This document shows, one piece after another, positions 55,111 to 64,000 of a stretch of 64,000 bases of DNA; the stretch's first letter is position 1, and the number at the start of each line of letters is the position of its first letter. The notes under the pieces were generated by a model. The model searched no databases, was not told the DNA's origin, and saw nothing but the letters and a program-made list of their open reading frames with translations. The DNA is taken from the NCBI GenBank assembly GCA_964610505.1, contig CAZSXU010000014.1, positions 4,652 to 68,651 of the forward strand, given 5' to 3'. The DNA comes from an uncultured bacterium (GTDB lineage: Bacteria > Arandabacterota > Arandabacteria > JAGLYR01). The translations under genes and the position numbers were made by a program.

Positions 55111-56082
55111 CTACGACCGGTCCCACAGTTTCGTGATGGGATTGCTCTGAATGAGATGCAGAATCTCGGCCCGGAGGTCCGGGAGGCCCGTGCGTTTGAA
55201 ATCCGGAGGGGGAACGACGAGACGAAGAGCGCCCGGTGCACAGCGGATATCCACGGGCGTGGTGCCGACGATCTCACAGTCGGCGTGCACGGGCAGTTTC
55301 TCGGGCGAGCGGATCCGGACGGCGCCGGCCTGGACGTATTCGACGTCCTCGAGGTCGAGCTGTTTGAGTTGTGCGGTGGCGACCACGTAGCGGAGAAGGT
55401 CCGCCAGGCCACGCCGCTTGAAAACACAGATGTCCAGCTTTCCGTCGTCCAGGCGCGCCAGCGGCGTCACCTTGAACCCGGCGGCGTAGTTTCGTGAATT
55501 GCCTACGATCACGAAGTATCCCCGGCGGGGTTCGCTCTCCCCCTCGACGGAGAGTTCCATTTCGCACGGCTCGAACGTAATCACGGTCTGGAGAGCGGTG
55601 AGGGGGTACGCGGCCGATCCGAAGATTCTCTTCATGAGAGGATCCACCTCACTGGCCACCTGCGCGTCGAGACCGATCCCCACCATGAGCAGGAAGTTCC
55701 GATCCCGGACCACGCCCAGATCGACGGTCACCGTGTATCCCTCGAACATGACGTCCGTGGCGTGAGAGAGATCGAGCGGGATGGAGAATTCCTGTGCGAG
55801 GACGTTCTCCGTTCCCTGCGGGAGAATGGCCAGAGGGACCTCGCTGCCGGCCAGACCATTGATAACCTCATTGATGGTTCCGTCTCCTCCCGCGGCGATC
55901 ACGAGATCCAGGCCCTCGCGAACCGCCCTCCCTGCCGCCTCGGTTGCATCCCCGGGCGCACGGGTCCGGTGCACGCGAAGAGAAATTCCCCGCCGGGCCA
56001 TTCTCCCGCGGATGACGTCCGCGTCGACGCGCGGCAACCACGTGCCCGAAGCCGGATTGATGATGAGATATGCCTGGTTCAT
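55111..56082 (-). CDS. Diacylglycerol-kinase-family lipid kinase (YegS/DagK-like)
   Basis: LIINPASG and VIAAGGDGTINEV catalytic-domain motifs. Confidence 0.8.
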   Translation of the reverse strand: MNQAYLIINPASGTWLPRVDADVIRGRMARRGISLRVHRTRAPGDATEAAGRAVREGLDLVIAAGGDGTINEVINGLAGSEVPLAILPQGTENVLAQEFSIPLDLSHATDVMFEGYTVTVDLGVVRDRNFLLMVGIGLDAQVASEVDPLMKRIFGSAAYPLTALQTVITFEPCEMELSVEGESEPRRGYFVIVGNSRNYAAGFKVTPLARLDDGKLDICVFKRRGLADLLRYVVATAQLKQLDLEDVEYVQAGAVRIRSPEKLPVHADCEIVGTTPVDIRCAPGALRLVVPPPDFKRTGLPDLRAEILHLIQSNPITKLWDRS

Positions 56083-56084
56083 AG

Positions 56085-56153
56085 GAACGAACCTCGGAAC
56101 CTCAGAACTCAGAACCGAGAACTCAGAACTGGGACCTTAGAACTCAGAACCTG
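56085..56153. repeat. Tandem heptamer repeat (GAACTCA)n, about 9 imperfect units
   Basis: GAAC recurs with exact 7-bp period from 56105 to 56153 (gaactca gaaccga gaactca gaactgg gacctta gaactca gaacctg), preceded by two 8-bp variants. Fills the 72-bp gap between the GWxTD-like gene stop and the lipid kinase start. Confidence 0.85.
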
Positions 56154-56154
56154 T

Positions 56155-58242
56155 TCACCGTGTGACATAGAACGTCGTACTTGTCCCCGTCTCGGTACCG
56201 GCCACGGTGTCCTGAATGCTTAGCGTCAGAACGTATCGACCGAACCGCAGGGGCGCGAGATCCAGCGACAGCCGCCGGGGCGAGAATGAGGACGCGCCCT
56301 CGTATGTGAAGGTATTGGCGATGTGAGGTGGGGTTGAGGGCTTTCTCCGGAAGAGCCGGCGGATTCCTTCCCAGAGACCCCCGGCATCTTCGACGTCGAT
56401 CGGAATGACCCGCACGGTTGCCTTGAAACTCGAGCGGCCGCTCCCGTCCAGCGCCAGGCCGTAGACCTCGTAGTAGAAATGGACAGGCTTCGCGCGGCGG
56501 AAGCGGCGGGTCGGCTCCGGCTCGACGGTCAGATCCCCTTTATCGAACGGAGTTCTTCCGGGGGAGGGGCGGATGGCTCTTGCCAGCTGGATGTCGCTGA
56601 TCATCAGACTCGAAGAATCAAAGGCCCTGACGTCAAGCGCCACCTCCGTAAGGCCGATCAGTTCCTCTCGCTCATCCTCCACCGAGATGGCCGCCAGGTA
56701 TCGGCCCGGGAGTAGATTGTAGTCGCTCTGATGAATGAGCGCCCCTCTTCGCACATTCGTCAGCGTGCCGGAGACCTGGGTGATGACGGTGGTGGTTTCG
56801 CGGGCCACGATCTCCCAGTCTTCGTTGTAGATGAGGATTCGTCTCAGGAGTTTCTCCGTCCAGACATCGCCCTCCTTCACGAACCCCAGATCCTCCGCAG
56901 GGACGGCATAGTAGATTTCCTGCCGGGTGATTCCGGGATCGCGGAGGAATGAGCAGGCGTCCGCGATCATTCGAATCTGTGTCCCCTCGTACAGTGGAAG
57001 ATGGAATTCCGGAATCTCGCGGATCATCGTCTCCCAACGCCTCGCATCCGTTCTCCCCTCGTCGAAGGCGAAGCCGAACTGCCCGTCGAGGAAGCGATCG
57101 CGAAACGTGAGCTGGAAATGCTTGCCCTCCATCTCGTAGGTCCACACCTCAACCGGGCGGGGATTGCGCTCGACCTGGTCGTCCTCCATCCCGAGGGCAA
57201 TTTCGTCCTTTCTCAGTTTCCTTTTTGTCTCATCGAGGAAGGAAGCCCGTTCCAGCGGGGGGCCGTACCGGATGTGGGACTGGCCCCGTGCGGAATCCCG
57301 GCCTCGAAGACCGGCCCTGGGAGCTTCGAATCGAAGATCGGCCTGAAGGATACGCCGCCAGTGTTCGAGAAGACGTTCGTTTGCCTCCGTGCTCAGGTCG
57401 GGATCGCGGTTCCGCCACAACCGGCGCCCGAACTCCGCCACGACTGCGGCGTCGGCCTCCCCGGATCCGAGTCCGAGGTTCTCCGCGTACCCGTCGATCC
57501 CGAGAAACAGGGCTCGGCTCTCGCGACTCGTCTCAAGGATGGCGTTCCAGTACGCCTCCTCCGCTTCCTCCAGTTTCCCCCGGCCCTGGAGGGCCGCGCC
57601 ATACTGGAAAAGCGCTTCCGTGTCGGAGGGATCGTCCACGAGGATCCGGAGGAGAGCTTCCTCGGCCATGCCATATTCCTCCAGCTCGTTGGACACCCGG
57701 CCCAGGGTATAGAGCAGATCCCGGTCGGTGGAGCCCTTGTCGTAACCTTGGACAAGGAGGTCGTATGCCTTCCGCAGGTCCTTGTCCTGGTCCCGCCAGC
57801 GCCGGATGTAGATGGCGCCGCATTCCACGTAGGCCTCGGGTCTCTCGGGGGCCACCTCGATGGTCTTCAGAAAAGATTTCTCCGCATACCGGTCGAAGGA
57901 CTGGGCGGCCTGGACCCGACCGAGCGCCAGATGGTAGTCGGCGTTCTGCGGATCGTACCGAATGGCGAGCTCGTATGCCTCGGCCGCCAATCTTCGCGCC
58001 TCGATGGTGTTCAGCCGGAAATAGGCCTCGGCCAGCCGGGCGTGAGCATCGGCGAACTTGTAGTCCTCGTGGACGGCCGCACGGAATTCCTCGATGGCCT
58101 TGTGGGTGTCTCCCTGTTCAAGAAGAGCCACGCCGGCATCGTAGTGAGGGCGGGGTTTTTCGTCCCTGGCCTCGGCCGCGTGGCCGAGACAAATCGCAAA
58201 TGCGATCAGAGAGATCACGACCGCTTGTCGAGAAGTGACCAT
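56155..58242 (-). CDS. TPR + GWxTD-like domain protein (paralog 1), secreted
   Basis: Signal peptide MVTSRQAVVISLIAFAICLGHA; N-terminal TPRs; central FGRRLWRNRDPDL...GLRGRDSARGQSHIRYGPP resembles the GWxTD domain core with W replaced by R. Confidence 0.65.
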   Translation of the reverse strand: MVTSRQAVVISLIAFAICLGHAAEARDEKPRPHYDAGVALLEQGDTHKAIEEFRAAVHEDYKFADAHARLAEAYFRLNTIEARRLAAEAYELAIRYDPQNADYHLALGRVQAAQSFDRYAEKSFLKTIEVAPERPEAYVECGAIYIRRWRDQDKDLRKAYDLLVQGYDKGSTDRDLLYTLGRVSNELEEYGMAEEALLRILVDDPSDTEALFQYGAALQGRGKLEEAEEAYWNAILETSRESRALFLGIDGYAENLGLGSGEADAAVVAEFGRRLWRNRDPDLSTEANERLLEHWRRILQADLRFEAPRAGLRGRDSARGQSHIRYGPPLERASFLDETKRKLRKDEIALGMEDDQVERNPRPVEVWTYEMEGKHFQLTFRDRFLDGQFGFAFDEGRTDARRWETMIREIPEFHLPLYEGTQIRMIADACSFLRDPGITRQEIYYAVPAEDLGFVKEGDVWTEKLLRRILIYNEDWEIVARETTTVITQVSGTLTNVRRGALIHQSDYNLLPGRYLAAISVEDEREELIGLTEVALDVRAFDSSSLMISDIQLARAIRPSPGRTPFDKGDLTVEPEPTRRFRRAKPVHFYYEVYGLALDGSGRSSFKATVRVIPIDVEDAGGLWEGIRRLFRRKPSTPPHIANTFTYEGASSFSPRRLSLDLAPLRFGRYVLTLSIQDTVAGTETGTSTTFYVTR

Positions 58243-58248
58243 GGATTC

Positions 58249-58276
58249 ATTATCCGACTGTAGCCGGGCATGTCAA
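58249..58276 (-). promoter_or_regulatory. Candidate promoter TTGACA-N16-GATAAT ending 6 nt before the ATG (near-leaderless)
   Basis: Minus strand: TTGACA (plus 58271-58276), 16-nt spacer, GATAAT (plus 58249-58254), then gaatcc, then ATG at 58242. Confidence 0.4.
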
Positions 58277-58417
58277 GGTCCGGATACGGACGGGACGGCG
58301 GGTCTGCGAATGGACCCGACGAGGCAACCATTCTGTCATTAAACCCGGCAGTAGCCCGGGCATCCTGCCCGGGATGGCGTCCCCAAGATCCCAGAGGTTT
58401 CGTCGTGTTCGCCTGTT

Positions 58418-58852
58418 TCACAAATGCCTGACGTCGAGGCCGGTTCGGCGCGAAACCGTCTCGGCGAGACGGCTGCGATGACAGCGCCGCACGTCCTTTT
58501 CCACGCAGACGAGAACAGAGGGGGTGGTCTTCACGAGCTCGGCCAGTCGCTCAAGGGCGTCTTCCTGTTCGGGCAGGATTTCGTGCTCGTACTTGTCGAG
58601 GAGATGCTGGTATGACGCGTCATCTGTGAGATTCTTCCGGAGCTCTTTCGGCACGCCGAGGTCCGGCATGTGTACGTACCCGAGGCCGAGCTTCTCTCCG
58701 GTTTCGCTGAATTGCCTCTTGGAGAAACCATATCGCCGGGACACCGGATCGGCTCGCACGTCGACGATACACCGGATGCCCTCTTTCAGAAGCGGGTCGA
58801 AGAAGGCATCAACCGACTTTCCCTCGTAACCCGCTGTGTACACGGCAGGCAT
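58418..58852 (-). CDS. DUF488 family protein
   Basis: 144 aa; YTAGYEGKS...IRCIVDVRADPVSRRYGFSK resembles DUF488 (YeaO-like) by recall. Confidence 0.6.
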   Translation of the reverse strand: MPAVYTAGYEGKSVDAFFDPLLKEGIRCIVDVRADPVSRRYGFSKRQFSETGEKLGLGYVHMPDLGVPKELRKNLTDDASYQHLLDKYEHEILPEQEDALERLAELVKTTPSVLVCVEKDVRRCHRSRLAETVSRRTGLDVRHL

Positions 58853-58884
58853 GGTCTCCTCCTGTGTGTGCTCTGTGCACGCTG

Positions 58885-60933
58885 CTAGCGCGTGATATAC
58901 AGCGATGTGCTCCGCGCGGTTCGTGTGTCGGCCACCAGATCATGCACGCCCACGGTCACACGGTAGACGCCGGGTTTCAGCGTCGTAAGATCCAGCGACA
59001 GGTGCAGGGGGGCGGAGCCGGATGGATACCGGTGCGTGAAAGTACTGGCGATGTGCGGGGGCGTGGACGGTTTCCGGCCGAACAGCCGTCGTGCGGCATC
59101 CCAGAAGCTCTCTTCCTCTTCGACGTCCAGAGGAATCACGCGCACCGTGGACTTGAAGTGGGATTGCGCGCTCTCATCCAGGGCGAGTCCATAGACCTCG
59201 TAGTAGAGATTCACGGGCTTGGAGCGCCGGAAGCGGTGAGAGGGCTCGGGTTCCACGCGCAGGGAGACCTTATTGAACCGGCTCTTGCCCGTGGCGGGCT
59301 TGATCGAGCGGGCCAGCTCGATGTCGCTGATCTCCAGTTCCCGGCCTTCGAAGGTCCGGGCGACGATTCCGACCTCGGTCACTCCCAGCACCTCGGCGGC
59401 GGCGTCTTCCACCTGAACGGCCGCAAGGTAGGTCCCGGGTTTGAGATCGAAGTGGCACTGGTCGACGATCTGGGCGTCCCTCAGCAGCTCAAGGGAACCG
59501 GCCGGCTCGGTGATCACGGTCGTGGATTCCGCCGCCACCACGTGCCAATCCCGATCGTAGATCACGATTCGCCTCTCGAGTTTGCTGCTCCACCCCTCGG
59601 GGTCCTTCCGGAAGTGGAGCTCCCGTCCCGGCACCGTGTAGTAGATTTCCTGGTGTGTCTCACCCCGGATGCGGGAGAAAGAACAGGCGTCCGCGATCAG
59701 GCGAATCTCCTTGCCCTCGTATTCGGGCACGTAGAATTCAGGCAGCTGCCGAACGAGGATCTGCCAGCGCTTGGCCGACCCTCCGTCCTTTTCGGGTTCG
59801 AAGTCGAACGGAAAGCCGAATTCTCCGTTCAAGAAGCGGTCTTCGAATCGGAAGCGGAACCTGTGGCCTCCGATGTGGTAGCTCCACATCTCGTTGGGCC
59901 GGAGATTCTCGGCGATGTAGCAGGTCATCTCCGTCGGCGGACCGTAGCGGACGTAGGATCGGCCCCGGTCGGAGTACCGGCCCTTGAGCCCCGTCTTCTC
60001 CGAGGTGAAGTAGAGGTCCGCCTTGAGAATCCTCCGGTAGTGCTCGAGAAGCCGTTCGTTGACCTGGGTGGCGAGATACGGATCGTGCTCCCGCCAGAAT
60101 CGCCGCGCCAGCTCCGCCGTGCTGTCCGGATCGATCTTGCGAAGAAACCTCTGCAGCGGCTGGGACGCCACCTCTTCGATTCCGAGGAAGACCAACTTGT
60201 CCTGCACGTCCATTGCGGAGATCGCCCGGGCGTACTGAGTTTCCGCCTCCTCCAGCCGCTCCAGGTCATGGAGCGCCAGGGCCATCACGAAGCGCATTTC
60301 CGTGTCGTCCGGGTTCATCTCAAGCGTTCGCGTCGCGATGTCCAGCGCGGTCTCGGGATCCTCCCTCTCTATCGAAAGCCGGGCGAGATGGAACAGGATG
60401 TCGCGATCGGTGGAGCCCCGGTCGGAGGCTTCTTGAAAGCAGTCGTGGGCTCGCTCCAGATCGTCGTCGTACTGGCGGAAGGTGAGCCAGCGACGGATGT
60501 AAATGAGGCCCCGTTCGAGGTAAGCCTCGGTCAGTTCGGGGTCGATCTCGATGGCCTTGCGGAAGCAGGCCTCCGCGTACCGATCGAATGTCTGGTTCAC
60601 GTAGACTCTGCCCAGCGCAAGCTGGTAGTCGGCGTTGTCGGAATCGTACCGAAGGGCCAGACGATACTCTTCGACGGCGAGGCGGCGGCCTTCGATCGTG
60701 TCGAGAGCCGCGTAGGCCTCGGCCAGCTTCGCGTGAGCGTCGGCGAACTTGAAATCCTCGTGTACGGCCCGGCGGAGAGTCTCGATTGCTTCGCTGAAGT
60801 TGCCCTGGTCCAGGAATCTGAGGCCAAGATGGTAGCTGCGCAGGGCCTCGTCGCGGCCGGCGTGCGCCTGCCCTGTGAGAAGAAACACAAGGACTGCCAA
60901 GACTAAGCCAACGTACCGGTGATGGCGGTTCAT
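58885..60933 (-). CDS. TPR + GWxTD-like domain protein (paralog 2), secreted
   Basis: Start set at first ATG 60933 (MNRHHRYVGLVLAVLVFLLTGQAHA) rather than the upstream GTG at 60960, because the conserved promoter lies in between. Core ARRFWREHDPYL...GLKGRYSDRGRSYVRYGPP. Confidence 0.65.
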   Translation of the reverse strand: MNRHHRYVGLVLAVLVFLLTGQAHAGRDEALRSYHLGLRFLDQGNFSEAIETLRRAVHEDFKFADAHAKLAEAYAALDTIEGRRLAVEEYRLALRYDSDNADYQLALGRVYVNQTFDRYAEACFRKAIEIDPELTEAYLERGLIYIRRWLTFRQYDDDLERAHDCFQEASDRGSTDRDILFHLARLSIEREDPETALDIATRTLEMNPDDTEMRFVMALALHDLERLEEAETQYARAISAMDVQDKLVFLGIEEVASQPLQRFLRKIDPDSTAELARRFWREHDPYLATQVNERLLEHYRRILKADLYFTSEKTGLKGRYSDRGRSYVRYGPPTEMTCYIAENLRPNEMWSYHIGGHRFRFRFEDRFLNGEFGFPFDFEPEKDGGSAKRWQILVRQLPEFYVPEYEGKEIRLIADACSFSRIRGETHQEIYYTVPGRELHFRKDPEGWSSKLERRIVIYDRDWHVVAAESTTVITEPAGSLELLRDAQIVDQCHFDLKPGTYLAAVQVEDAAAEVLGVTEVGIVARTFEGRELEISDIELARSIKPATGKSRFNKVSLRVEPEPSHRFRRSKPVNLYYEVYGLALDESAQSHFKSTVRVIPLDVEEEESFWDAARRLFGRKPSTPPHIASTFTHRYPSGSAPLHLSLDLTTLKPGVYRVTVGVHDLVADTRTARSTSLYITR

Positions 60934-60939
60934 ATTCCC

Positions 60940-60967
60940 ATTATCCGCCCGATCACGCACTCGTCAA
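60940..60967 (-). promoter_or_regulatory. Candidate promoter TTGACG-N16-GATAAT ending 6 nt before the ATG (paralogous to 58249..58276)
   Basis: Minus strand: TTGACG (plus 60962-60967), 16-nt spacer, GATAAT (plus 60940-60945), then gggaat, then ATG at 60933. Confidence 0.4.
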
Positions 60968-60984
60968 GGGCGTCTGGAGAATCG

Positions 60985-62631
60985 TCAGAAGGGAACTCGC
61001 ACGCCGAGGGTCAGCATGCCCGTCGACGGATCGCCCGTCAGGCTGAGCCCTGCCGAGGCGGATTCGGGACGTTCGGGAACGAGGAGCGCGGCGTCCACCA
61101 GGCTGTAGAGGTAGATTCCCACGGAGGCGGCCAGGAACATCCGGCGGGTCGCCTTTCGGTCCTCGACGCGGTCGTGCCGCCGGTGGGCCTCATCCCAGGC
61201 CGAGGAAATGGTCTCCGGAGACACCTGGTTCAGGTACCGGTTCCAAGCGGTGTCGTATTCCTTCACCGCTTCGTTGTACGCGTCCGTCGTGATGAGGAGA
61301 CCGAACAGGGAACCCAACTGGGCCGCGGGGAGGAGAATGCTCCGAATTCTCTTTTCCTGGTGCCGCTGGCTCCAGCCGGGGATCAGGATTCGATAGAATC
61401 CACCTTCGTCGGACTTCGGGGCCCACTCCGGCTCAAGAAGAATCTCCTCGTTGGGAAGCACGTTTGCCTCGATCTCGATGGTCCGGTAGCCTGGAGCCCG
61501 AAGGCGGAAGGTCCGCATCCCCGCTACGACCGGCTGAGCCAGGACGGGCGCCCGCCACGTTTCCCTGCTCTCATCGAGCAGCGCCACGGTCGCCCCCGCC
61601 GGCGACGTGCCCCGAAGGGTGACGTATCCCCTGAGAGGATTGAGCGTCACGCGGAGATCGGAATTCGCCCCCGGGAGGACATCCGTCCTCAACCGGTACT
61701 CCTCGTACCCGGGAAGGCGGAAGACGAACCGCCGCTCTCCGAGCGGGACCGCCCACCTGAGCGGTGTGGTTCCAAGCAGCTCGCCGTCCATTTCGATCCG
61801 CGCTCCCGGAGGGCTCGAGAGGAGATGAATCGAGGTTCGCTCGGCCTCCAGCTCAACCGCCAGTGTCTCCGAGGCCCCTTCGGTGAATTCGATCGTCTGC
61901 GTCCACACCTGGTGATTCTCGAGATTCAGGGTGACCTCCGTCCGGCCCGGCCGCACGGAGTTGATGATCGCGGGGGTTTGTCCCTTGGGGTGGTCTCCGA
62001 AGTAGACCCGGGCGCCGGCGGGTTCGGATCGAACGACCAGCTTGGCCGGAACCAGAAGACGCGCATCGAGTCTCGATTCCTCCCCGGCCCGAATCTCCAC
62101 GGTTGCACGGTAGTCGGCGAATCCTTCGTGGTGGATTCGAAGATCGTGATCCCCGGCGGGGATCACGGGAAGGTGGAGAGGAGTGTGTCCTTTCTCCTCG
62201 CCGTCCAGAATGACGAGAGCGTCCTCGGGCGTCGAGAACACCCAGAAGGTTCCTCGGCCATCATTGAGCGTGAGTTCAACCGTCGTGAGTTCACCCACAC
62301 CCACGCGCACGCGAGTGGAGGCAAAGAGGCCGGCCTTTTCCGCTTGTACCAGGTGCCATCCCGACTTGAGCGGGAGGGGGGCCAGGGGAGTGACCCCCTG
62401 AAGTTCCGAATCGACTCGAACCCGGGCGCCCGCAGGGTACGTTGTGACGAGGAGATTCCCCAGATCGAGCAGCAGGTCTCCCGGAGGCGGCCCGAACGAA
62501 TTCGCTCCCGCATCCCGGCCGCCGCCCTCAGGGGCCGAGTCGAAACCGAATACCGGCAACGCTGCGAGAACGCCCATCAGCAGGATGAAAGTTCCCGGAA
62601 GCGTCTTGTTGCCGAGCCTGAGAATCTGCAT
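60985..62631 (-). CDS. PEGA domain-containing protein
   Basis: Signal/anchor then at least five P-x-G-A-x-V repeats (YPAGARVRV, PEDALVILDGEEKGHTP, PAGARVYFGDHPKGQTP, PPGARIEMDGELLGTTP, PAGATVALLD) and a C-terminal TM segment. Confidence 0.7.
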   Translation of the reverse strand: MQILRLGNKTLPGTFILLMGVLAALPVFGFDSAPEGGGRDAGANSFGPPPGDLLLDLGNLLVTTYPAGARVRVDSELQGVTPLAPLPLKSGWHLVQAEKAGLFASTRVRVGVGELTTVELTLNDGRGTFWVFSTPEDALVILDGEEKGHTPLHLPVIPAGDHDLRIHHEGFADYRATVEIRAGEESRLDARLLVPAKLVVRSEPAGARVYFGDHPKGQTPAIINSVRPGRTEVTLNLENHQVWTQTIEFTEGASETLAVELEAERTSIHLLSSPPGARIEMDGELLGTTPLRWAVPLGERRFVFRLPGYEEYRLRTDVLPGANSDLRVTLNPLRGYVTLRGTSPAGATVALLDESRETWRAPVLAQPVVAGMRTFRLRAPGYRTIEIEANVLPNEEILLEPEWAPKSDEGGFYRILIPGWSQRHQEKRIRSILLPAAQLGSLFGLLITTDAYNEAVKEYDTAWNRYLNQVSPETISSAWDEAHRRHDRVEDRKATRRMFLAASVGIYLYSLVDAALLVPERPESASAGLSLTGDPSTGMLTLGVRVPF

Positions 62632-62645
62632 CGAAGTCGGCCCTT

Positions 62646-64000
62646 CTACTGCCTTTCGAAGACGAGGATGCGGTGTTGATACGTATCCGCGATCCAGACC
62701 AAGTTGCCCGCCGGGTCCACCCAGAGCCCGTCGGCGGGGTTTCCGATGTCGCCGTCGCCCCAGGTTGAGAGAAGCAACCCTTCGGAATCAAACTTGTGCA
62801 CGACCCCGTCGCTCTTCAGAACGAATACGTTGCCGCTTGCATCCGCGGCAATGGCTCCCGGAACGCTGCCCGTCCCGAATCCGCCCCAGGAACCGGAGAA
62901 CACCCCGGTGTCGCTGAACTTCTGAATCCTCCGGTTGAAGCTGTCGGCCACGAAGACCGAGCCTTGCGCCACGGCCAGACCGTACGGCGTATCGAATTCG
63001 CCCGAGGCCGTGCCTCGCCCGCCCCACTGGCCGAGGTACACGCCGTTGGGGTCGAACTTCTGGACCCGGTGATTCCCCGTGTCCAACACGTAGAGGTTGT
63101 CGGAATCATCTGCACAGACGTCCCGGGGAAATTGGAACTGGCCGTTCCCGGTTCCCCGCCCCCCGATGCTCCAGATGTACGCGCCGGCGGAATCGAACTT
63201 GGCCACGCGGTGATTGTTCTGGTCGGTGACGAGGAGTGCTCCCTGGGCATCGGTTGCCAGCCCATAAGGGCTCTGAAACGGCGTTGCGCCGGCCAGGGTG
63301 ATGTTTCCGAGATAAACCTCGGGACGGGAGAATATTTGCACTCTGGCGTTATTGAGATCGCTGGCATAGATATGGCCGCGCGCATCCAGGGCCACGTCGC
63401 GAACCACCTCGAACTCTCCGGGTCCGGATCCCCGCGCTCCGTAGGAGGCGACAAGGACGTAGCCGTGGCCCGAAGGAACATGGGTCGAGAACGACCACGT
63501 GGACCGAGTGCTTTCGGCGCCCATCCCGTCGGTTGCCGCTACGGACCAGTAATACGTATGCCCGGGTTCGAGAACGGGCACCGGAGCCGTCGTGTCCGGT
63601 AGATCGGCCGCCAGGACATCCGTCGGGTCGGGGTCCGTCCCGAAGTAGACGGTGTAGGTGATCGGGTCCTGTTCGACATCCTCACTCTCGCCCCATGAGA
63701 GGCGAGGCAGGAGGGACCGGTCGGCGGAGCCGTCAGCCGGAAACGGGCGTGCCGGCGCCGCCGGAGCCCGGTTCACCGCCGTGAAGACACATGCCAGCGT
63801 GTCCGTTCGCCCAGCGCCGTCCTTCACGATGAGGCGAATCGTTTTCGACCCGAACACGCCGTACGTATGTGCGGCCGTTCTCTCCGTGGCCCACGGTGTC
63901 CAGGATTCTCCCTCATCCCACTGCCATGCGAACAGGAGGTTCTCGCCGGGCGTCACGCCCAACGAATCGTACGACGCGGACGCGTCGACAGTGAACCCTC
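62646..64000 (-). CDS. NHL-repeat (beta-propeller) protein with N-terminal PKD/Fn3-like region; 5' end outside window
   Basis: Repeated NHRVQKFD / NRRIQKF / QHRILVF NHL motifs; frame remains open from 63962 to the window edge, so the track TTG start at 63962 is probably internal. Confidence 0.7.
   Translation of the reverse strand, partial: GFTVDASASYDSLGVTPGENLLFAWQWDEGESWTPWATERTAAHTYGVFGSKTIRLIVKDGAGRTDTLACVFTAVNRAPAAPARPFPADGSADRSLLPRLSWGESEDVEQDPITYTVYFGTDPDPTDVLAADLPDTTAPVPVLEPGHTYYWSVAATDGMGAESTRSTWSFSTHVPSGHGYVLVASYGARGSGPGEFEVVRDVALDARGHIYASDLNNARVQIFSRPEVYLGNITLAGATPFQSPYGLATDAQGALLVTDQNNHRVAKFDSAGAYIWSIGGRGTGNGQFQFPRDVCADDSDNLYVLDTGNHRVQKFDPNGVYLGQWGGRGTASGEFDTPYGLAVAQGSVFVADSFNRRIQKFSDTGVFSGSWGGFGTGSVPGAIAADASGNVFVLKSDGVVHKFDSEGLLLSTWGDGDIGNPADGLWVDPAGNLVWIADTYQHRILVFERQ

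Noticed and set aside
57001-62679. Long plus-strand ORFs (57001..58263, 58864..60906, 60919..62679) opposite the GWxTD-like and PEGA genes
   Set aside because: Antisense shadow ORFs; the minus-strand frames carry signal peptides, TPR and PEGA repeats.
1-64000. Mobile element genes (transposase, integrase, recombinase)
   Set aside because: No ORF with recognisable DDE, tyrosine or serine recombinase motifs was seen; the direct and inverted repeats reported are therefore not assigned to a mobile element class.

Overview
High-GC (roughly two-thirds G+C by eye) bacterial chromosomal segment, densely coding on both strands. I could not recognise any rRNA, tRNA, CRISPR array, transposase or integrase. 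All calls are from manual reading of the six-frame ORF track and the sequence; no searches were run. Gene content is dominated by cell-envelope and export functions: two secreted M16 peptidase homologs; a radical-SAM enzyme divergently paired with an XylR/DmpR-type sigma-54 activator; a MacAB-like ABC efflux set with two FtsX permeases and an adaptor; a FIST sensor plus hybrid histidine kinase; a 1250-aa C25 (gingipain-like) peptidase with a T9SS-type C-terminal sorting domain; a ~10-kb minus-strand polysaccharide/LPS-type operon (Wzz-like, O-antigen ligase-like, flippase, GT4, GT9, GT2, membrane-anchored sulfatase-fold enzyme); an L,D-transpeptidase and Mur ligase; a CzcCBA/CusCBA-type heavy-metal RND efflux operon led by a small Cys/His-rich secreted protein; an ECF sigma/anti-sigma pair; UbiE/MenG; a DAACS symporter; a DAG-kinase-family lipid kinase; two paralogous TPR + GWxTD-like proteins; and PEGA and NHL/PKD surface proteins. 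The combination suggests an FCB-group organism such as Gemmatimonadota or a related candidate phylum (inference only). The most unusual signals are non-coding or structural: a 44-bp tandem repeat array (4 copies plus a partial) starting at a stop codon and followed by a terminator and a sigma-54-like promoter; two unrelated secreted proteins sharing a C-terminal tail; an exact 19-bp direct repeat bracketing the ~9.6-kb metal-efflux segment; a degenerate repeated element bracketing the polysaccharide operon; a GAACTCA heptamer array between two genes; conserved near-leaderless promoters on both GWxTD paralogs; an in-frame 51-bp repeat encoding CxHDHS metal-binding motifs; and a radical-SAM/regulator locus with a candidate 30-aa Cys-containing peptide ORF. 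Several start codons are uncertain.
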